Below, piece by piece: positions 13,235 to 28,440 of a stretch of 64,000 bases of DNA (position 1 is its first letter; each line of letters begins with the position of its first letter). This DNA comes from Azolla caroliniana (Eukaryota > Plantae > Polypodiophyta). The stretch covers positions 19,902,001-19,966,000 of the forward strand of contig JBHGNT010000010.1 in assembly GCA_043228905.1 (NCBI GenBank). The letters are read 5' to 3'. Made by a program: the position numbers and the translations under genes. A model generated the notes under the pieces. The model saw nothing but the letters and a program-made list of their open reading frames with translations, was not told the origin of the DNA and did no database searches.

Positions 13235-16200
13235 AAATTCTCATGTTCAATGCGCATATATAGTTAGTCTTGTACGATGCTTCCACTTTCACCAATATGT
13301 AAGTCAAATGTCAAACATGGTCAATACCTCTCATATTTGTGATCATTATTATAAAATGATTCGTGGTCACTTGTGTTCCAAACTAGGAACATCTTGTTGG
13401 AATTGCGGTGATACATTGACGTTTTAGGATTATGTATGTGCATTCATTGTTGTGATTCAATATTGTGGATGTATATCACTTGCTTAAGTAAGAGGCAACT
13501 TCTTGATATTTATTACAGACATGTCCACACATCATGTACAACATAGAAATATTAAGTATATGTGCGCATATTGTGTTGAAACAAACACCCCATGCATTTG
13601 CCCGAATGCACAACATGCACACACACAGATTCACTTGAAAATAGGAATTACGCGCTCATATATATATCTTCAATGCACTAGTTTCTTATGGCTATGTACC
13701 TTCTAGATTTATCTATCATCAACATCAAAATAAGTGCTCGATTTAGAGAGAGGACCCTCACCTTTTTTTGCTTTGATTGTGGCTATTGTTTTCTAGCAAT
13801 TAGAACTCCAAACTAAGTCATATCAACATATTTGTATCCATATAGCTTATCATATGTTAAGGATATATTTTCAACCTCCATGTGATAACGTACATAATCT
13901 ATACATTGTGCATCAACCCCTCTTCCTTTCAACGTTTGCCCCGCTCCACATTTTTCTCTTTTCATATTTATAGTTCCACTTCTATTAGAAACTTCAAACC
14001 CCCTCATTCTATACCTTTCAACTCTAGTCTCAAGGCACACACTCTCTCTCTACACCCTGTTTACTTTCCCCACACTTTTAGACCGCACCTATCCCTACAC
14101 ACATCTCTCTCTTAGTCATAATGTGCACTCTCAATCACAACATTCATTAGTAAGAATTCTTGAACATCGAGTCAATAATCAACTCTAGACACATAACTCG
14201 AGGTAAGTTATATTTCGCCCTTTGACAAGGATGATCTAATCTCTCTCAAAAAGAAGAAGAAGAGAGAATGCTTTGTACTAAAATGGTCCACAAAATTGTC
14301 AATATGGGACCAAAGAAAAGGCACTAAGGACCAATGAGGAAGGGATGCGACTTTTCCTCAACAACCCAAAAAAGCATGTGGAAGCATCATACTTACTCTC
14401 AAGGGTGTGGATAAACTTCCCCCGTATGATAGCTAAAGTATATCGAGCTAGGTCATGTATTGTTTCCAAGTATATGAGAGGATGAACACATCCAAATATT
14501 TTACCATTTAAACGTTTGCAAGCTTTGCTAAATGTAAAATCTCAATAATGACCATCAAGCTCTCAAGATTTGCAACATATGATCCAAGGTGCCTATAGAA
14601 TACAAGGCATGATAAAGTTGTATGCAAGCTAAATAGTTTGCTTATGTTTGAAACAAATCACAACTCCCTGTGGAAAAAACTTTTATGTAAGCATGAGCAT
14701 GCAATCAACGTGTTAATTGCATACCATACACTACAAACGAGCGTGTAGCCATACATAATGTACTTGTGACTCGTGCACATGGTCATAGTTCATATGTAAA
14801 CATGTCCAAGTGCGCTACTTGAGTTCAAACCAATTGTCCTACATGTATAGCATGCATGCGTTGAAAGTAAACAAATCGATATATCAAATGATAGAATTGT
14901 GGCAAAGAAAATTTCAAAAAAATGTGATACTCTTGCTTGAAGCCATCACTATAATCAATAGAAAGTGGCATAGTGATGCTCATTCTAGATGTGTCTCCCT
15001 ATCCAAATAGGTAAGCGAAGAAAGAGACCATGTCATAACCACATCATCCCACGTTATTGTTCACTCTTGTGGTGGTTTTCAATGATATAACAATCTGGCT
15101 CAACATAGTTATGCATCCTAACCATGTGCCATCCACCCACAATAGTGAATTAACATGTCAATGGTTCCCTCTACCTCTAAGTCTACATTGGTTCAACCTA
15201 GTTCAAGAGATGGGGAAGGAGGCCCCTACATATAATTACGAAGGAGACCCTCCCTTTTGTTTGTAGGAGCATTAGGCAGGTGGGTAGATAATTGCGGGGA
15301 ATTGAACAAACTAATAGATCACCTCTAAGTACTATTTTCAACACATGCAAAAAAGCACTACTCTAATTAGACATTTACTCAATATTCACTTGAACAACCA
15401 ACAACACACCTAATACCAAGCGAATTTGTTGGTATATTTGTTTATCCAACACAACTTTTGTAGTTTTTATGATTTTATAATACCAAGGCGTATCTTTTTG
15501 AAGAAAAAAAAAACCAACAACGACACCTAAATGGTACTAAATGAAGTTGTTAACAATCTTGCCCTCACAAATAGGGTTTTACCAAACCTAATATATATCT
15601 TGTAAAGATATTTGTATTTAGTCGCCCTTGCGAGGGCAACCACATTAGAACAAAAGAAAGAGCCTGAGTCAATTGTGAAAGTTGTCTCGAATTCCTAGGG
15701 TGGCTACATGGAACCCAATTTGGCAAATGTTGTTACACTTGTTATCACTTGATCCCAAACTTATGTAGCTTGATGAGGGCAAGATTCACTAATGGAGCTC
15801 TTAATTGCACAACGCTTGTCTCTGGCCAAAAAAGCAAATAACGCATCCAACTTGGTACCATACATGTAACAAAATGTTTAGGATGGATCTATAACATGCC
15901 CTAGTAGCTAGGATGGATCTCATGGGGTGACTTGGGCCTATTAATCCCAAATGAAGGTCAATAGGGCAAGCATGAGTTATTGTAAGGTGATTCCATTTGT
16001 TCACATTCATTCAAGAGCAAACAAGCACATTATCCCATTTCCTAAGTATTGCACTTAGTGCATACGAGCATTTCCATATCATCATAACATGACATCACAT
16101 TGTTTATCAATGGTCAATAAATAACAACACACTTGCATTCCAAATAGTTGGCTTTCCTCATCTCCTTGACACCAACTATATGCTCACTAATGTGTAATCC

Positions 16201-19200
16201 GTAAAAAACATATTGTAAAGTCTAACTAGTATTGTTCCACCATTGAAGGAAGTTACATTGATCTAATTCCACTATCAAGATGAACACGCTTGCACCAACC
16301 GAATGTCAACCGAATGTTTTTCGATCATGAAATGTTGATAATGAGTAATTTGCTACCTATGGGCATAGGTTGTTCTCTCTTACATGGAATCAAGACAAAT
16401 CATCATCCAGTCTCCCAAAATATATGTAAATGTAATCAAACCTTCACTATTCAAGTTGGGGCACAACTTACATAAGTAATGAAGAATAGTATAAAGAAAA
16501 CATTTAACACAACTAATAAATGTCTATCAAAGCTAATATATCCTCAAACATTAACTTACGATAGCTTGCCTCGTATGCCTAAGCTACAATGTGTGAAAGT
16601 TGATGTAAATACTTCACATTCATTTATAGAATACCACCATAAATGTATAACATATATTTTGAGTGCACATGCATTGCCCATATTCTTACGAAGAGGAAGT
16701 CACTTTAGAAATGATTGATGTTGAAAGCCTTGATGGCTCATTTGAACTTTCATCTCTTGCATTCCTATGAAGGTCGTACACTCAAAATCCCGCGTCCAAA
16801 TTTCATCAACTTTACATCTTCATTTGAACTTCCATGTTTTGCATTATTGTGAAGGTTGTCATTTGCCTTGCACCTTTGCCTTTGGCATGTGAATGTGAAT
16901 CCAAGATTCAACCATGAAGGCAAAAGTATGCATGACTTGCCACAAACCATAACTCTACATTGTAGACTCACATTTAAGAGCATTGGCTCTACATTTTAGT
17001 CTCACATTTAAAAACATTGTGCTCTACAAGAGCTTACCGTCACCAAAGTTGTGGAAATTCATAAATTAAGAGTTAAGAACTTAAACCCTTATCCTTTCTA
17101 GTTGACGCATGTCATGGTGACCATGAGAGTGACATCGATGTCTTTTTCATATATCTAGAACAAGGTCCTCGGGGTCCTCAACAAGTGTGTTAATCATTTT
17201 CAAGCCATTGGCATTGCTCCACCTTTAAGTGTCCATTATATACTCTAGACCTATGGTTGAAAGTATTGGTGATGTTCCAAAAGTCAAATTCAATGAGGTC
17301 CAATAGAAAAAAAAACTTTGACCTTATAGTTATTACTCTTTGGTGCATCTTAGGAGTGGAGAACTTTTCCTACCCCAATGGTTGATAGAGTGAAGAAATT
17401 TAATCGCAATTGTTCTTCTCCTTAATATTGACAGAGACATTAAATCGTCAAGGATAGTAATGTGTATTCCAAGTTAAAAGTTACGGCCCAATTACTATGC
17501 ATGCTATTTGTGAATAATAAACGAAACATACTCAAAACAGTCAAACTTGCAAAGAGTTTTTTTTATGGGAAACGATGACTAAAACTCTTTGACATTAGAA
17601 TTCCAAGGATATGTGGATATCTATAATGATTGTGTTTTCCAAGACACTCGGTTTATACAACGTTTGCTACGATAGACCAATTAGACATTGAAAGGTCGAT
17701 AAGGGTATCAATAATCTAACACGGACAAGGAGAGGACACCCCATTGAAACAATTATACTCATTAACAACACGAAGGGAACAAACACTCTTAAACAAAGAA
17801 TAAGAGCTTCTTGCGTGTGCTCATCACAATAACACAGATAGACAAGAATTACAATTGTGCTTATTTTATAACAGACCTTTAAAGATCATATTTATTAATA
17901 TATATATGTACATATATGCACAATAAGCTCCAAGTCCAATATACATAGATTATTATTTTCTAGGCATGATTGATTTTGACCATTCCTTGACATTGATCGA
18001 GAGAGTGATTCTTCGTGTCCATGGGAGACTAAATATGATCTATGGAAATGGTTCAAGCCACATGGATCGAACTTGGGTTCCCTCAATTGTTACGATTTTT
18101 ATGTTACGATTTTTAAAAAGAGATAACCACTTTGATGTTATAGAGCCTTGATGTGATGGTGGCATTTAATAATGATCGGTTATACATTTTTGCGGCTTTG
18201 TGTTGTATTTTAATATACTACATTTAATATCTATGTGTGCACGCGTGTGTGTGAAATAATATGAAATCTTAGAGTTCGTCTTCGAGTGTTGTCGAGTCTA
18301 TCTAAGACGATCACCACGATAAAAGGTCCTCATCCATGGTAGGAAAAACAAGACAAAAAATGCTTGTCTTCGGCGCAATGTCCAACTCAAGGTTTGCCAT
18401 CTAGTAGTTAAGAATAAAAAAAACGACTTGTATGTGGCAGCAATTGAAAGCAAGGTCTAACTCTAGTTATTATTTAATTATGTGTTTGCTATTTTAGCAA
18501 AACCCTTGATTGACCCCTCCTGAGCAGTTACATGTGATATTTGACGATTATATGGTCAATTAATTCCCGCGTTTCTTGATTATGTGTGTTATCTGCGCAA
18601 TTGCCACAATCACTTGGGAAAATAACAAAAACATAGTGGCATCTCAGGTAGTTCCGAAGCTTTTCCTAAATATATGAGTAATACCTCGACCATATTTATA
18701 ACATTTTAAATATGTAACTCAAAATCAGTTGTGTTATCAATCAATCACAAAGAGAAATGTAACAAAGGGGGCTTGTTTGGTATTAAGTGTGGGTTAATTC
18801 GTAATTAACTCGACGCAACAACTAACTTTTAGAAGATTGCAATATGGAGATTCTTGCCTACAACTCTTTTGTCAAAAGAGTTCTTGACATCTTAGTTGTG
18901 CCTTTAGTTGAAGGCGAGGAAGGTGATGATAATAATGCTCACAATGATGAATTCTTTATGGGTTCTCTAGCCTATATGATAAGTTTATTAGTCATAGCAT
19001 GTTTTCTCGTCTTATGTAGAAAGGATTCCATTTATCTGCTCCGACTCTCTATAGTTTGCATATTGCCTATATGCGTGTATCTCAACCATGCATGCTCATA
19101 GATGGTATACATGAATGTATAAAAAACTTGTGAGTAGGGAGCTAAGTTTTATTGTAGCAAATATATAACACACTAATATATGCACGTAATCCCCAAAAAT

Positions 19201-21814
19201 TTCTTAGTCAAGCATGAGTGCATGCATACCAATTATTTTGTGTGTCGTTGATTCATGATTGCTAGTGTGCAAACTTATACTCGGAAAATGCACTAACTCA
19301 TATGGCTAATCCTCCAAAACTTGCACTTACATAGCTCATCCCACATTTTGCTAGCCATATATCATGAGTCAATATATTGGTACCAATCTCGAGTGCATGG
19401 ATTTGTTTTTCATATTTTTCAATTGCTTTCAATGTTCCACGGTTCCTATCACCAAACACCACATGACTCAACAACCATACAAGATGATTGGCTATGCAAA
19501 CGTTGCATATAACTTCTTCTTCTTTTCAAGATTTTTAGATTTCCACTTTTGGGTGCAATTTCAATACATGGAACATGAGCCTTTTGAGTCCAACGTTAGC
19601 TCTTTGCTTGACAAGTTTATTGTAGTTTAGATTCGTGTGTATGAATCATCAAAAATATTTCTAGACATTGGTAACATTTATAGACTCCTATATGTACATG
19701 TACATAGTTTAAGGTGATCCACGTTATTAGCACCCAACCATTGCAATCATCACGGTTTTATATCCCATGAACAAAAGTTAGCCTTGTGTGTCACAAAAAG
19801 GGGCTGAAGCGTCCATATCTTTTTGTAATCCATCCACATTTTTGTGAGGCAGGATTACTTCATATGTATGAAGCAACACAATATACAAACATATGACACA
19901 AGCAATTGTCCTCTCCTTCATGAGATCTAATCGAACTTTCAAGCTGATATATGAACCAACCAAACAATATAGGTGATTAGGAGACACCCCTACTTGACAC
20001 TGATATTACTCGTCACATCATCTACATAAATGGAGATACATATATCAGTCTCTCTATCTCTTTGCAGCTTCTTCTTTAAGCCACAAAAAACTGCATGAGT
20101 AACAATAGATACGTCATCATTCGATCTCTCTTATGGATCAATGTGAAAGGTCTTGCGATTGCAATTTAATCAACTAGTTTGTAGCTATTTTTGCACGAAA
20201 GAGATGAAATGCATGAACTAACTTTGTGACATTGACTCGTGAGACAAGAAATGTATCTATCAAAGGTGATGCAACTAATAAAAGAAATTTATGTCTACAT
20301 ACAAGTTTTTCATCCAAGGATCAATAATGTGGCAGTGTCCATGAACTTTTGGAAAATAAAAAAGTATGTATGAAGCATGCTTTTTGATGCATGTAGTATG
20401 ACACAAAGACTGATCATGCAAATATGAAGAGCCTTTACAAAGTGATAATGACAATAACGTAAGGCCTAATTCACAAAGGAAACAAAGCTTGTAGCACATT
20501 TGCTTGGCTTTCTTCATATTCTTTGCCGAAACAAAAGCAGGCGAGGAAATCAACAACTCGTTGCAATACCTATCGCAACTCATGAACGAATCACTAATAT
20601 CATGCATGTTCTTCTTACTCATAAATCCCTCCCGTTTTTGTGGACTCCAACCTAAGGTGCTAGGCTAAATAAGGACTTCAAGAAACGAACATAAATCCAA
20701 ATACCACAAAAGGGACGATTGGTTTTCGAGCTACATTTTTGAGCTTACTAATAAAAAACTATGCAAACAAGATATACACAAACTTATAACAATATCGAGT
20801 AGTGGAGGTCAATGGATTAGGAACAACTTGTTGGGACTGTTGTAATTATAAATGGGGAGGTGACCAACACACATGTGCGTGTCACAAAGCCATGTATAGA
20901 AAAGGGAGTGAGTGTGTGTGTGTCCATAAAAGAGGAGTAATTTTCCCCCCTTCACTTTAGAAGAACAAAAAGAAAAAGAAGAAGAAGAAGAAGAAGAAGA
21001 AGGGGAAGACCTCGCGTATAACTTGTATTTATTGTTTATTTTTTGGGTCACCCAGAAAATAGATGAGTCGTCAAAAAAGGGAAAAAAATTATTTATTTGA
21101 TTTAACTGCTAATGAAATTAAAAACAAATTGAGATAAAACAAAACAAAAGAAACAAACTTTGTTTGCTTTATCTCCGACCCACAACTCTCCTCCTCGTTT
21201 TTTCTTTTCTTTTTCTTTAAAAAAACAAACAAAGACCTGCGTGTGTGTATGCGGACACTTTTGTAAAATAATAGAAACATAAAAATAAAAAGGAGAGAAA
21301 ATAAATAAATGTATCGGGAAAATATTAAAAGGGAAAAAAAAACTAATATGCATGCAGCACGAGGCAGTTCCCACGCTACGCCATCTTTACCTCTGCACAA
21401 GCCCTTTCTTCTCTCTCTAATTAAAAAAATAAAAAAATAAAAAAATATAGCACACTTGTTAAATCTAACGTGTTAAAAAAAACAAATAAATAAACTCGAC
21501 GAGAAAATAGGAATTAAGAAAAAATAAAAAAACAAAAAACAAAGCAAGGTAACAAATGTTAGTACCAAAGAGCTCTTTTTAATTTAGACGACCTTTTATT
21601 TTGGGTTTATTTTTATATATAATGTAGAATAATATGTAATTTTTTTGCTGTTTCTGGCTATAAACACTTTTCTTGTTTATTTAAACACATTGGCAACTAA
21701 AAAATAAATAAAACAAAACAAAATGTAATTAAAAAGGTAATTAAAAAAGATAAACAAATAGAATAAGCACAACACGTAGATTTGGTTCGGATGTCGAAGG
21801 AAATTAGTAATTAA

Positions 21815-21818
<4 letters not shown>

Positions 21819-21855
<37 letters not shown>

Positions 21856-22161
21856 GGACGAAAATGAAAATTTACTTTATTTATTTATTGGTGGTCGGAT
21901 AAAAATTTATCGCGGGGTGTCTGTTAGTTAGAAGACACGCACGCAATTCATTCAAAAGTTTTGAAAAAGAAAAAAAGAAAAAAAAGAAAAAACAGAAAAA
22001 ACAGAAAACCTTTTTTTTTTTTTTTTGTTCGACAGTAAATAACAGACGTCAGATAATACATAATTCTATTTAGTTATATAAATCTATTTTTGCTAATAAA
22101 TATAATTTATAAATATAAAAATCCCGGCCGGGAAATAATCTACCGGTTTTCTTTGACTGCA

Positions 22162-22192
<31 letters not shown>

Positions 22193-22320
22193 AAACAAAC
22201 AACAAAAAAAAAACAGACACACACACACACAGAAACGAATTTCACGATCCGCGGTTGCTCATCAATCCATTTCATTCTCTCTCTACTCTCTCTCTCTCTC
22301 TCCTTCTTCTTCTTCTTCTT
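21819..22320 (+). promoter_or_regulatory. GA/CT-repeat-rich probable promoter and first non-coding exon region of the TRM-like gene
   Basis: (AG)n at 21819-21852, then (CT)n and (CTT)n tracts at 22165-22320, upstream of a strong donor GG|GTAAGT at 22479. Such tracts are typical near plant TSSs. The TSS is not determined. Confidence 0.4.
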
Positions 22321-22478
22321 CTTCGTCTTTCCTTTGTCCATATTCCCGTGCCTGCACAGACAGACCACAGACAGACAGACAGACAGACACATTATCGATC
22401 GATCGCCATTGATTCATCTCGCCATCGCTGGCTGCTCGCTCTATCTACTCTTCTTCGTCGCAACTTCTCTTTCTCCGG

Positions 22479-23101
22479 GTAAGTAAGTTAAAGCTTTTTC
22501 TTCCTCCTCCTCCTCCTCCTGCACCTGCTACTCTGCCTACCTCTTTCTTATGTACATACATACATATTTGCTTCTATATACTTCCATGAACTAGCTAGCT
22601 AGGGCCTCAGAAAACTCTACTGTCGTCTGTCTGTCTGTATGTATGTATGTAAGCAATATAGCTTGCGCGGCCTTCTGCGAGATCGCCATCGCTACTTTCT
22701 TCACACCTTTTCACGCAAATTAATATATATATATACGTATACACACAAATGAATAAAAAAACCTCGGGCCTGCTGCAGACATGGCGATTTCAATACATAC
22801 TGTGCATACATACATACACTAAATTAGAGAAGAAGAAATAAGGTTCTTTCTACATACATACATACATACATACAGTATATGTATGTATGTATATCTTCTG
22901 CTCTGGGAGAAGAATCGATGCACAGACAGAGAGACACAGAAGAGAGAGAGAGAGAGTGAGAGAGAGAGAGTTGAGAGAGAGCGTCTGAAGACTGATGATG
23001 AGAGGCTTAAAATGTTTGTTTGTTTCTTTTCTCTCTTTTTTTGGGGGCCTGCCTTTTTGTCTTATTTATTCGCTTTGTGGTTTTTTTTTTTTTCGTACCA
23101 G
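22479..23101 (+). other. Putative 5'-UTR intron of the TRM-like gene
   Basis: Donor GTAAGT at 22479 and a poly-T tract plus CAG acceptor ending at 23101. Confidence 0.45.
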
Positions 23102-23970
23102 GAGAACAGAAGAAGCTACTACTCCCTCCCTTCTTCCTCCTCCATAGCTTAGCTTAGCTGAGACCTTCTCTCTCTTTCTCTCTCTCTCTCTTTCTTCTCT
23201 CTCCTCCTCTCTGTGCCAAGGGAGAAAGAAAGAAAGATAGATATATATCTACAGACTAGACTACACATGTATATATATACATAAATTCCTCTGCACAGTT
23301 GTTTGCTCGTCTCAGAATCTGAGCCATTACCTTCGCACGAATATATCTCCATATCTCCACATATGTATGTATATGTAAATCTCAGAAGCCGAAGATACAT
23401 ACATAAAACCTCCTTAACTCTATTTCTCTGTGTCTCTGTCTCTGTCTCTGATTGTTTCTTTTGTCTCTCCTCGATTTGATGAATGCAGAGAGAGAGAGAG
23501 ATAGAGATCTCTCAAAATTTGAATTTCAAATATTTTCTCAGACAACCACCAACCCCCCTCCTCCTCCCACTTCTTCGTTTCCTCCTCATTTCTCTCTGCA
23601 AAGTAACGCTCCTCTCCACCATTTCACTATTATTAGTCCATCACAAGAGATCATATTTCTTCTTCTTCTTCTTCTTCATCGCCATCGCCATCGCCATCTC
23701 TGCTGCTCCTTCTATTCTTCCCCTCATCTCAATAAAATTTTCTCGCCGAGTATCCAATATCAATTGCTTATTCATGAATTTTCTGATCATTTCTAACTAG
23801 CGCCATAGTCCATTCCATCTATCCAAACTCTCGCAAAAACTGCTGCAATCTTCTAAGCCCGATTTCATCGTCATAGCTCCGTGCACCACAAAAATCACTC
23901 TGTCTGTTCCTCTTCCATATCCTGGTTCTTACGCTTTATCAGTCCTGGCCCCATTGCCGGAGTAGCAGCT

Positions 23971-26900
23971 ATGTCATCAGGTTTTACTGGTGTTCGAAGT
24001 GCGACTGAAGAATCCATGTGGAGAGTTCATGGACGAAAGGGTGAGAATTTGAAGCTTGGAAATTCCTGCATCAGTGTCTTCTCTCAAATTTTCCATCGGA
24101 ATCGTTCCATTGGAGCACTGGGACATAAGCATATTCCTCCAAGGTTCCATCATTCAGGTAAGCCGCAACATTTATTGACCACTCGATCAAGTTTTGCATT
24201 CTGTAGTCACACAGGGTTCCTGAGTAGGAAATCTTTCTCATTTTCTGCAGAAGCTCATGCATCATCAGCAACCGACAGGGAGAGTGAGCCCGTGTTTAAT
24301 CAGTTCGATGGAATTGTGGAACCATCTTTGGTAAGAGATTAATTATTACAATAATGCAGTAATTGTAGATCAATATGACGGTGGAGTGATATACAATCTA
24401 AGCACTGTACTGTGTAAATGTATAATTGAATGACAGAGAGAGGGCGCTATTCGAAGCAGAGACAATATGTCTGGGATCCGAGAAGACATGAACATCTATG
24501 TAGAAGGGCACCGTGTGTGCAGAGAAGGCGATTATTCATCGAGATCAGAGCTTATGAACACTATTGAACTCAGAGAACTTCTTTACGCGAAGCAAGATCC
24601 ATTCATTCTTCAGGATGCTATACGAGAGAAGAAACAACCAGTGAGGATGAAGAGCAGTCGAAGCCTTAAAGAACAACCATTGCAAGAGATAAGGTCACAC
24701 AGAAGAAGGAATTCTGCAAGCGATGGTGATGGGAGGAAGGCAATGCAATTCGAATTAGAGACGAACAGTTCTGAGGCTATCGTTTCTTCTAATTCATGCG
24801 TTTCTATTGAAGGAAATCTAGCCCAAACCTCAGTTCTGAGCGGTGGTTCTGACTCTATCCATTCTAAAAGAACCATACGAAGAAGAGATCGAGCTCCTGC
24901 AGAAAGCATGGTTGCTATGCCGTTAAGTAAAGCGGAGAGAAATTACAAGGAGGCAAAGAATCACGAGGATGTATCGATGGCGACCTTGTCCACAAAAAAT
25001 CAAACCAGTAAAGGATCTAGTAACAGAAGAGCTCTTCTGATGGAGGCAGCTTCAAAGATCCTTGAAGGTAGTAATCGTTCGCGATCAAGGAGGCAGTTAA
25101 CCTCTGTGCGTTCTCTGTTTGCTGACGAAAATAATGGCAGGCCGAAGAGCTCTCATGACCATAACTTGTTGAAATCGAGGGAAAAGCTGTTGAAAGCAAT
25201 TAACGCTCAGAAGCCTGAGCTTTCAAAGAAGGAGAAGAAATCAGATCCGCCATTGCCGACCAAAATGTTCAACTACAGCAAAGAAGGGTCAATGTCTACA
25301 CGGAGCTTGAAAGAGAAGAGAGAAAGGATTGATAGGGAAGGTGATTGTGAAGGCGATCTCGATCTGAATAGAGTTCTCATGTCTGCTGCAAATGAAGCTA
25401 CCCTGGCCACATCTTCTGATTCTGTATGCAGAAAACTTACAGTGAAGGACACTCATGAATTAAAGCCACGACTTTTGATGGAGAAGGAAGATATGAGAGC
25501 TAAAGGAGGAGCTACTAAAGCTGAACGAGATATGATAGCTTCCAAGACAGTGAAAGGCGAAGAAGATGGGTATTCTTGCAGGGATTCACATGAAAGCCCA
25601 AGCTCTTCGTTAATAACACCTATTCCGTCTATTGTCCAAGGTTCTCCTGAACATCTTCTCTTCGAATATCTCCGAAAGGTTTCTGCTACTGATGCAGCTT
25701 CATCGATGGGCACTGCAGAAGGAGAAGTTTCTGGAAAAGAACAAGAACAAGAACAAGTAAGCAAAGAAGAACTCAAACAAGGAGACGAAGAAGATGATGA
25801 TTTCAATGTCTCTGCCTTGCTATCGTCTACTGATTTCAAAGCCTCTGATTCTGATCTGGTTGTGAAGCCAAGCTATCAGAAATTATGTGATTTCAGTTGG
25901 TGGGAACGAGAGGGTAATCATCAAGTGGGAGCCACCATTATTGCAGCTCCTGACGCTGAAGAAGAACACCTGAACCTGCAGGAAACGAATTCTCAGGTAT
26001 CCTTTCTAATTGAATTTGAAGTCTTTTCTGTTGGTATTAACCTTCTATAAAATCAGTTCTCATCTTCTCAGCAATTGCTTTCTTTTAGTTATCTCTTTAT
26101 CTTTTGAGCGAAATTCTCTATTCTTCCTTCGGCTACATAGCTTTGATCTGATATAACCTTCTCATCGATCTTTCTTTTGTTGATTCTTGGTATCTATTGC
26201 ATAGCTTTAAGAGTCCTTTCAAGAATAATTCCCGCTTGAGGAAAATCCTTCTTGTTTGGTTCTCCATCTTCATTTGCCCCATACGATCATCTTTTGCAAA
26301 GTCTTAACAACAGAAAATCTGTACTGGTTTTTGCTGCTGCAGCTCATGTCACCTGTTGCTGAGGAATATGGCAGCGATGATTGTGTTTCTCCGACAGTAA
26401 CGAGGAATCAATTGATTCCTGTGAAGCTATTGTATGAGGATGGGAGCAACATCAGCAAGAATGAATCCGTTCAGATTCCTCTGTCTGCAACGGTCGCAAC
26501 TTCCACCTATCCTTGTGTCGAAGAGTTTCAACAATCCAGTCCTGTGTCCGTGCTTGACGATGCAGTCTTTGAAGATGAAGAAGAAGAAGATGATGACGAA
26601 GAAGAAGGCTCAAGTACTATGGGCAGTCGTCTCGACTGTTTCGAAGGTATCTAAATGCATGCAATTTTTTCTTTCTTTTTCTCTTTCAATTGGTATGCTG
26701 CAGGATTGAAGCTTTTTTGGTCGTATGTATCTATTTATCTCGGTTGATTCTCTTTGACATGTCTTCTTTTCTGTTTACTCTGTTTTGCAGAAGCCAAGCA
26801 ACACTGGTTAGAAAAGGTCCATCGCTTTGAGATGCTTGCAAAGATGGATTTGAACATGTTGATGAAGCTTGCTGCTGAAGAAGAAGAAGACGAAGAAGAC

Positions 26901-27626
26901 GAGGAAGAAAGGTCCTTTGACAAAGAAGCAGAAGAATCACTGCCTCTCAACAATACTTATGACATATCTTCTTTTATCTCTGATCAAATAGACCCGGATT
27001 CTAGTCCTTGTTCTGTTAATGGGATCGATCAGCCTTCACAGACTTGGAGCTGGATCAAAGGACGTCCATGCAATTCAATGGGATTGGCAAATCACAGAGG
27101 CTATACTAACTCATTGGAAGAGATCAGTCTCTACGATTATAATACTAACTCATTGGATGCTTCAAATGCAGAGGTAGACTCAGAGCTATATCATATAGAT
27201 GAGGAAGAGGAAGATTTCACAGGTAGATCAAGCTGTGAAGATGGTGGCATATTTGATTTGATGGAGAGATTCAAAGAAGGGAGAAGGAGAGATTGCAATG
27301 GTTTAATGGCTTGTTTATTAGGTCAGGATGAATATGCAGATCTTATCAAATCAAGATTAATCATCCATCCGTGGCTTGATGTTCATACAGACATACTGCA
27401 TGATCTTGGAAGACCTGCAGTATCTTCTTTATTAACTTCGGTAGATGCTATATTACAAGAGTCATCATCGTCAGGTTTGGGCTGTAATTCTTCAAATAAG
27501 AAGGGAAATGATTTTCGGGTAGAAATTGAAGAGTTAGGAATTGAAGTTGAGCGTATTCTATTCTCAATGCTTTTGCATGAGCTTTTGGGCGAAATTTCTT
27601 CAACAGGTGCCTACGATTTGAATTAG
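23971..27626 (+). CDS. TON1-recruiting motif (TRM / DUF4378-type) protein, ~1019 aa, resembling the TRM27/28 type
   Basis: Exons 23971-24330, 24437-25996, 26343-26646 and 26791-27626 join in frame across GT-AG introns (3060 nt). Motifs: LLMEAASKILE; QSSPVSVLD followed by an acidic tract; AKQHWLEKVHRFEMLAKMD; C-terminal FRVEIEELGIEVERILFSMLLHELL. The start codon choice is uncertain. Confidence 0.75.
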
Positions 27627-28058
27627 TAATTTCTGAAGCATTTCAATTCTGCTGGATTTTCTGGAATCAGCGGCTAGTTTTACAAATCTGCCGAAGTAAT
27701 ATCCGAGGACTTTCAGGCTCAAAAGATATTCTGGAATCGGTGACCGGTTTTATAAAGTTCAAGAATTAATAATGACCGATCGGATTGATCTCTCTATTAT
27801 TGTCTAGGTAATGCAAAAATTTGCCAGCAGCAGTGCTAAAACAACCTCGTCTCTGATGTGATGATTCATTCTCCAATTTTGATCGATCGCTGAGACAGCA
27901 GAAATCTGAAGAAATAGTTTTGGAAAAAGTACAATGTGATACGTGCTCTCAATTTGCTTGTTGAGACATTTCGTATATGGGGATATGCATGATGATGCAG
28001 TAAAAACGTGACTGAAGGTAGCATGCTATATATCAGTTGGTTTAAAAAAGAGAGCTTT

Positions 28059-28080
28059 TCTGTCTGAAGAAGTAATTGTG

Positions 28081-28111
<31 letters not shown>

Positions 28112-28440
28112 GTGCCTATAGTGAAAATCTCCATTTTGGGCATGGTGAAAACCTTCATTGGAAGAAGTATATGACTAATCTGTTTGAAGAAGTAATTGTG
28201 AATGAAGTATTAGCTCTATACGTATTCACACATATATGAATGCATATGGTGAAAATCTGTATTTTTGGGGGTGGTGAAAACCTTCAATGGAAGAAGTTTA
28301 TGGTGAAAATCTTCATTGGGAAAAGTATATGGTTAATCTGTCTTGTTAATTGTGAATGAAGTATTAGCTATTTACTTACACACAGGATGTGAAAATCTCC
28401 ATTTGGGAATGGTGAAAAACATGGCGTCATTGGAAGAAGT
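28059..28440. repeat. Degenerate tandem repeat, ~3 units of ~120-160 bp, downstream of the TRM-like gene
   Basis: Recurring GTGAAAATCT...TGGTGAAAA...CATTGGAAGAAGT...TAATTGTGAATGAAGTATTAGCT blocks. Confidence 0.7.

Noticed and set aside
15621-15650. GC hairpin GTCGCCCTTGCGAGGGCAAC as a Helitron 3' end
   Set aside because: No CTRR terminus followed by T, and no matching 5' end was found.
19300-20650. Possible hAT transposase remnants
   Set aside because: Only faint, frameshifted resemblance on inconsistent strands. It cannot be supported without BLASTX.
2700-21400. Short 60-130 aa ORFs across the AT-rich first third of the window
   Set aside because: No domains, no coherent splice structure, and composition typical of random ORFs in decayed repeats. 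The exception is the LINE fragment at 8.2-8.5 kb.
22500-23300. Inverted AG/CT and TACA/TGTA tracts as a miRNA precursor
   Set aside because: The pairing comes only from complementary microsatellites, and I recognised no conserved mature miRNA sequence.
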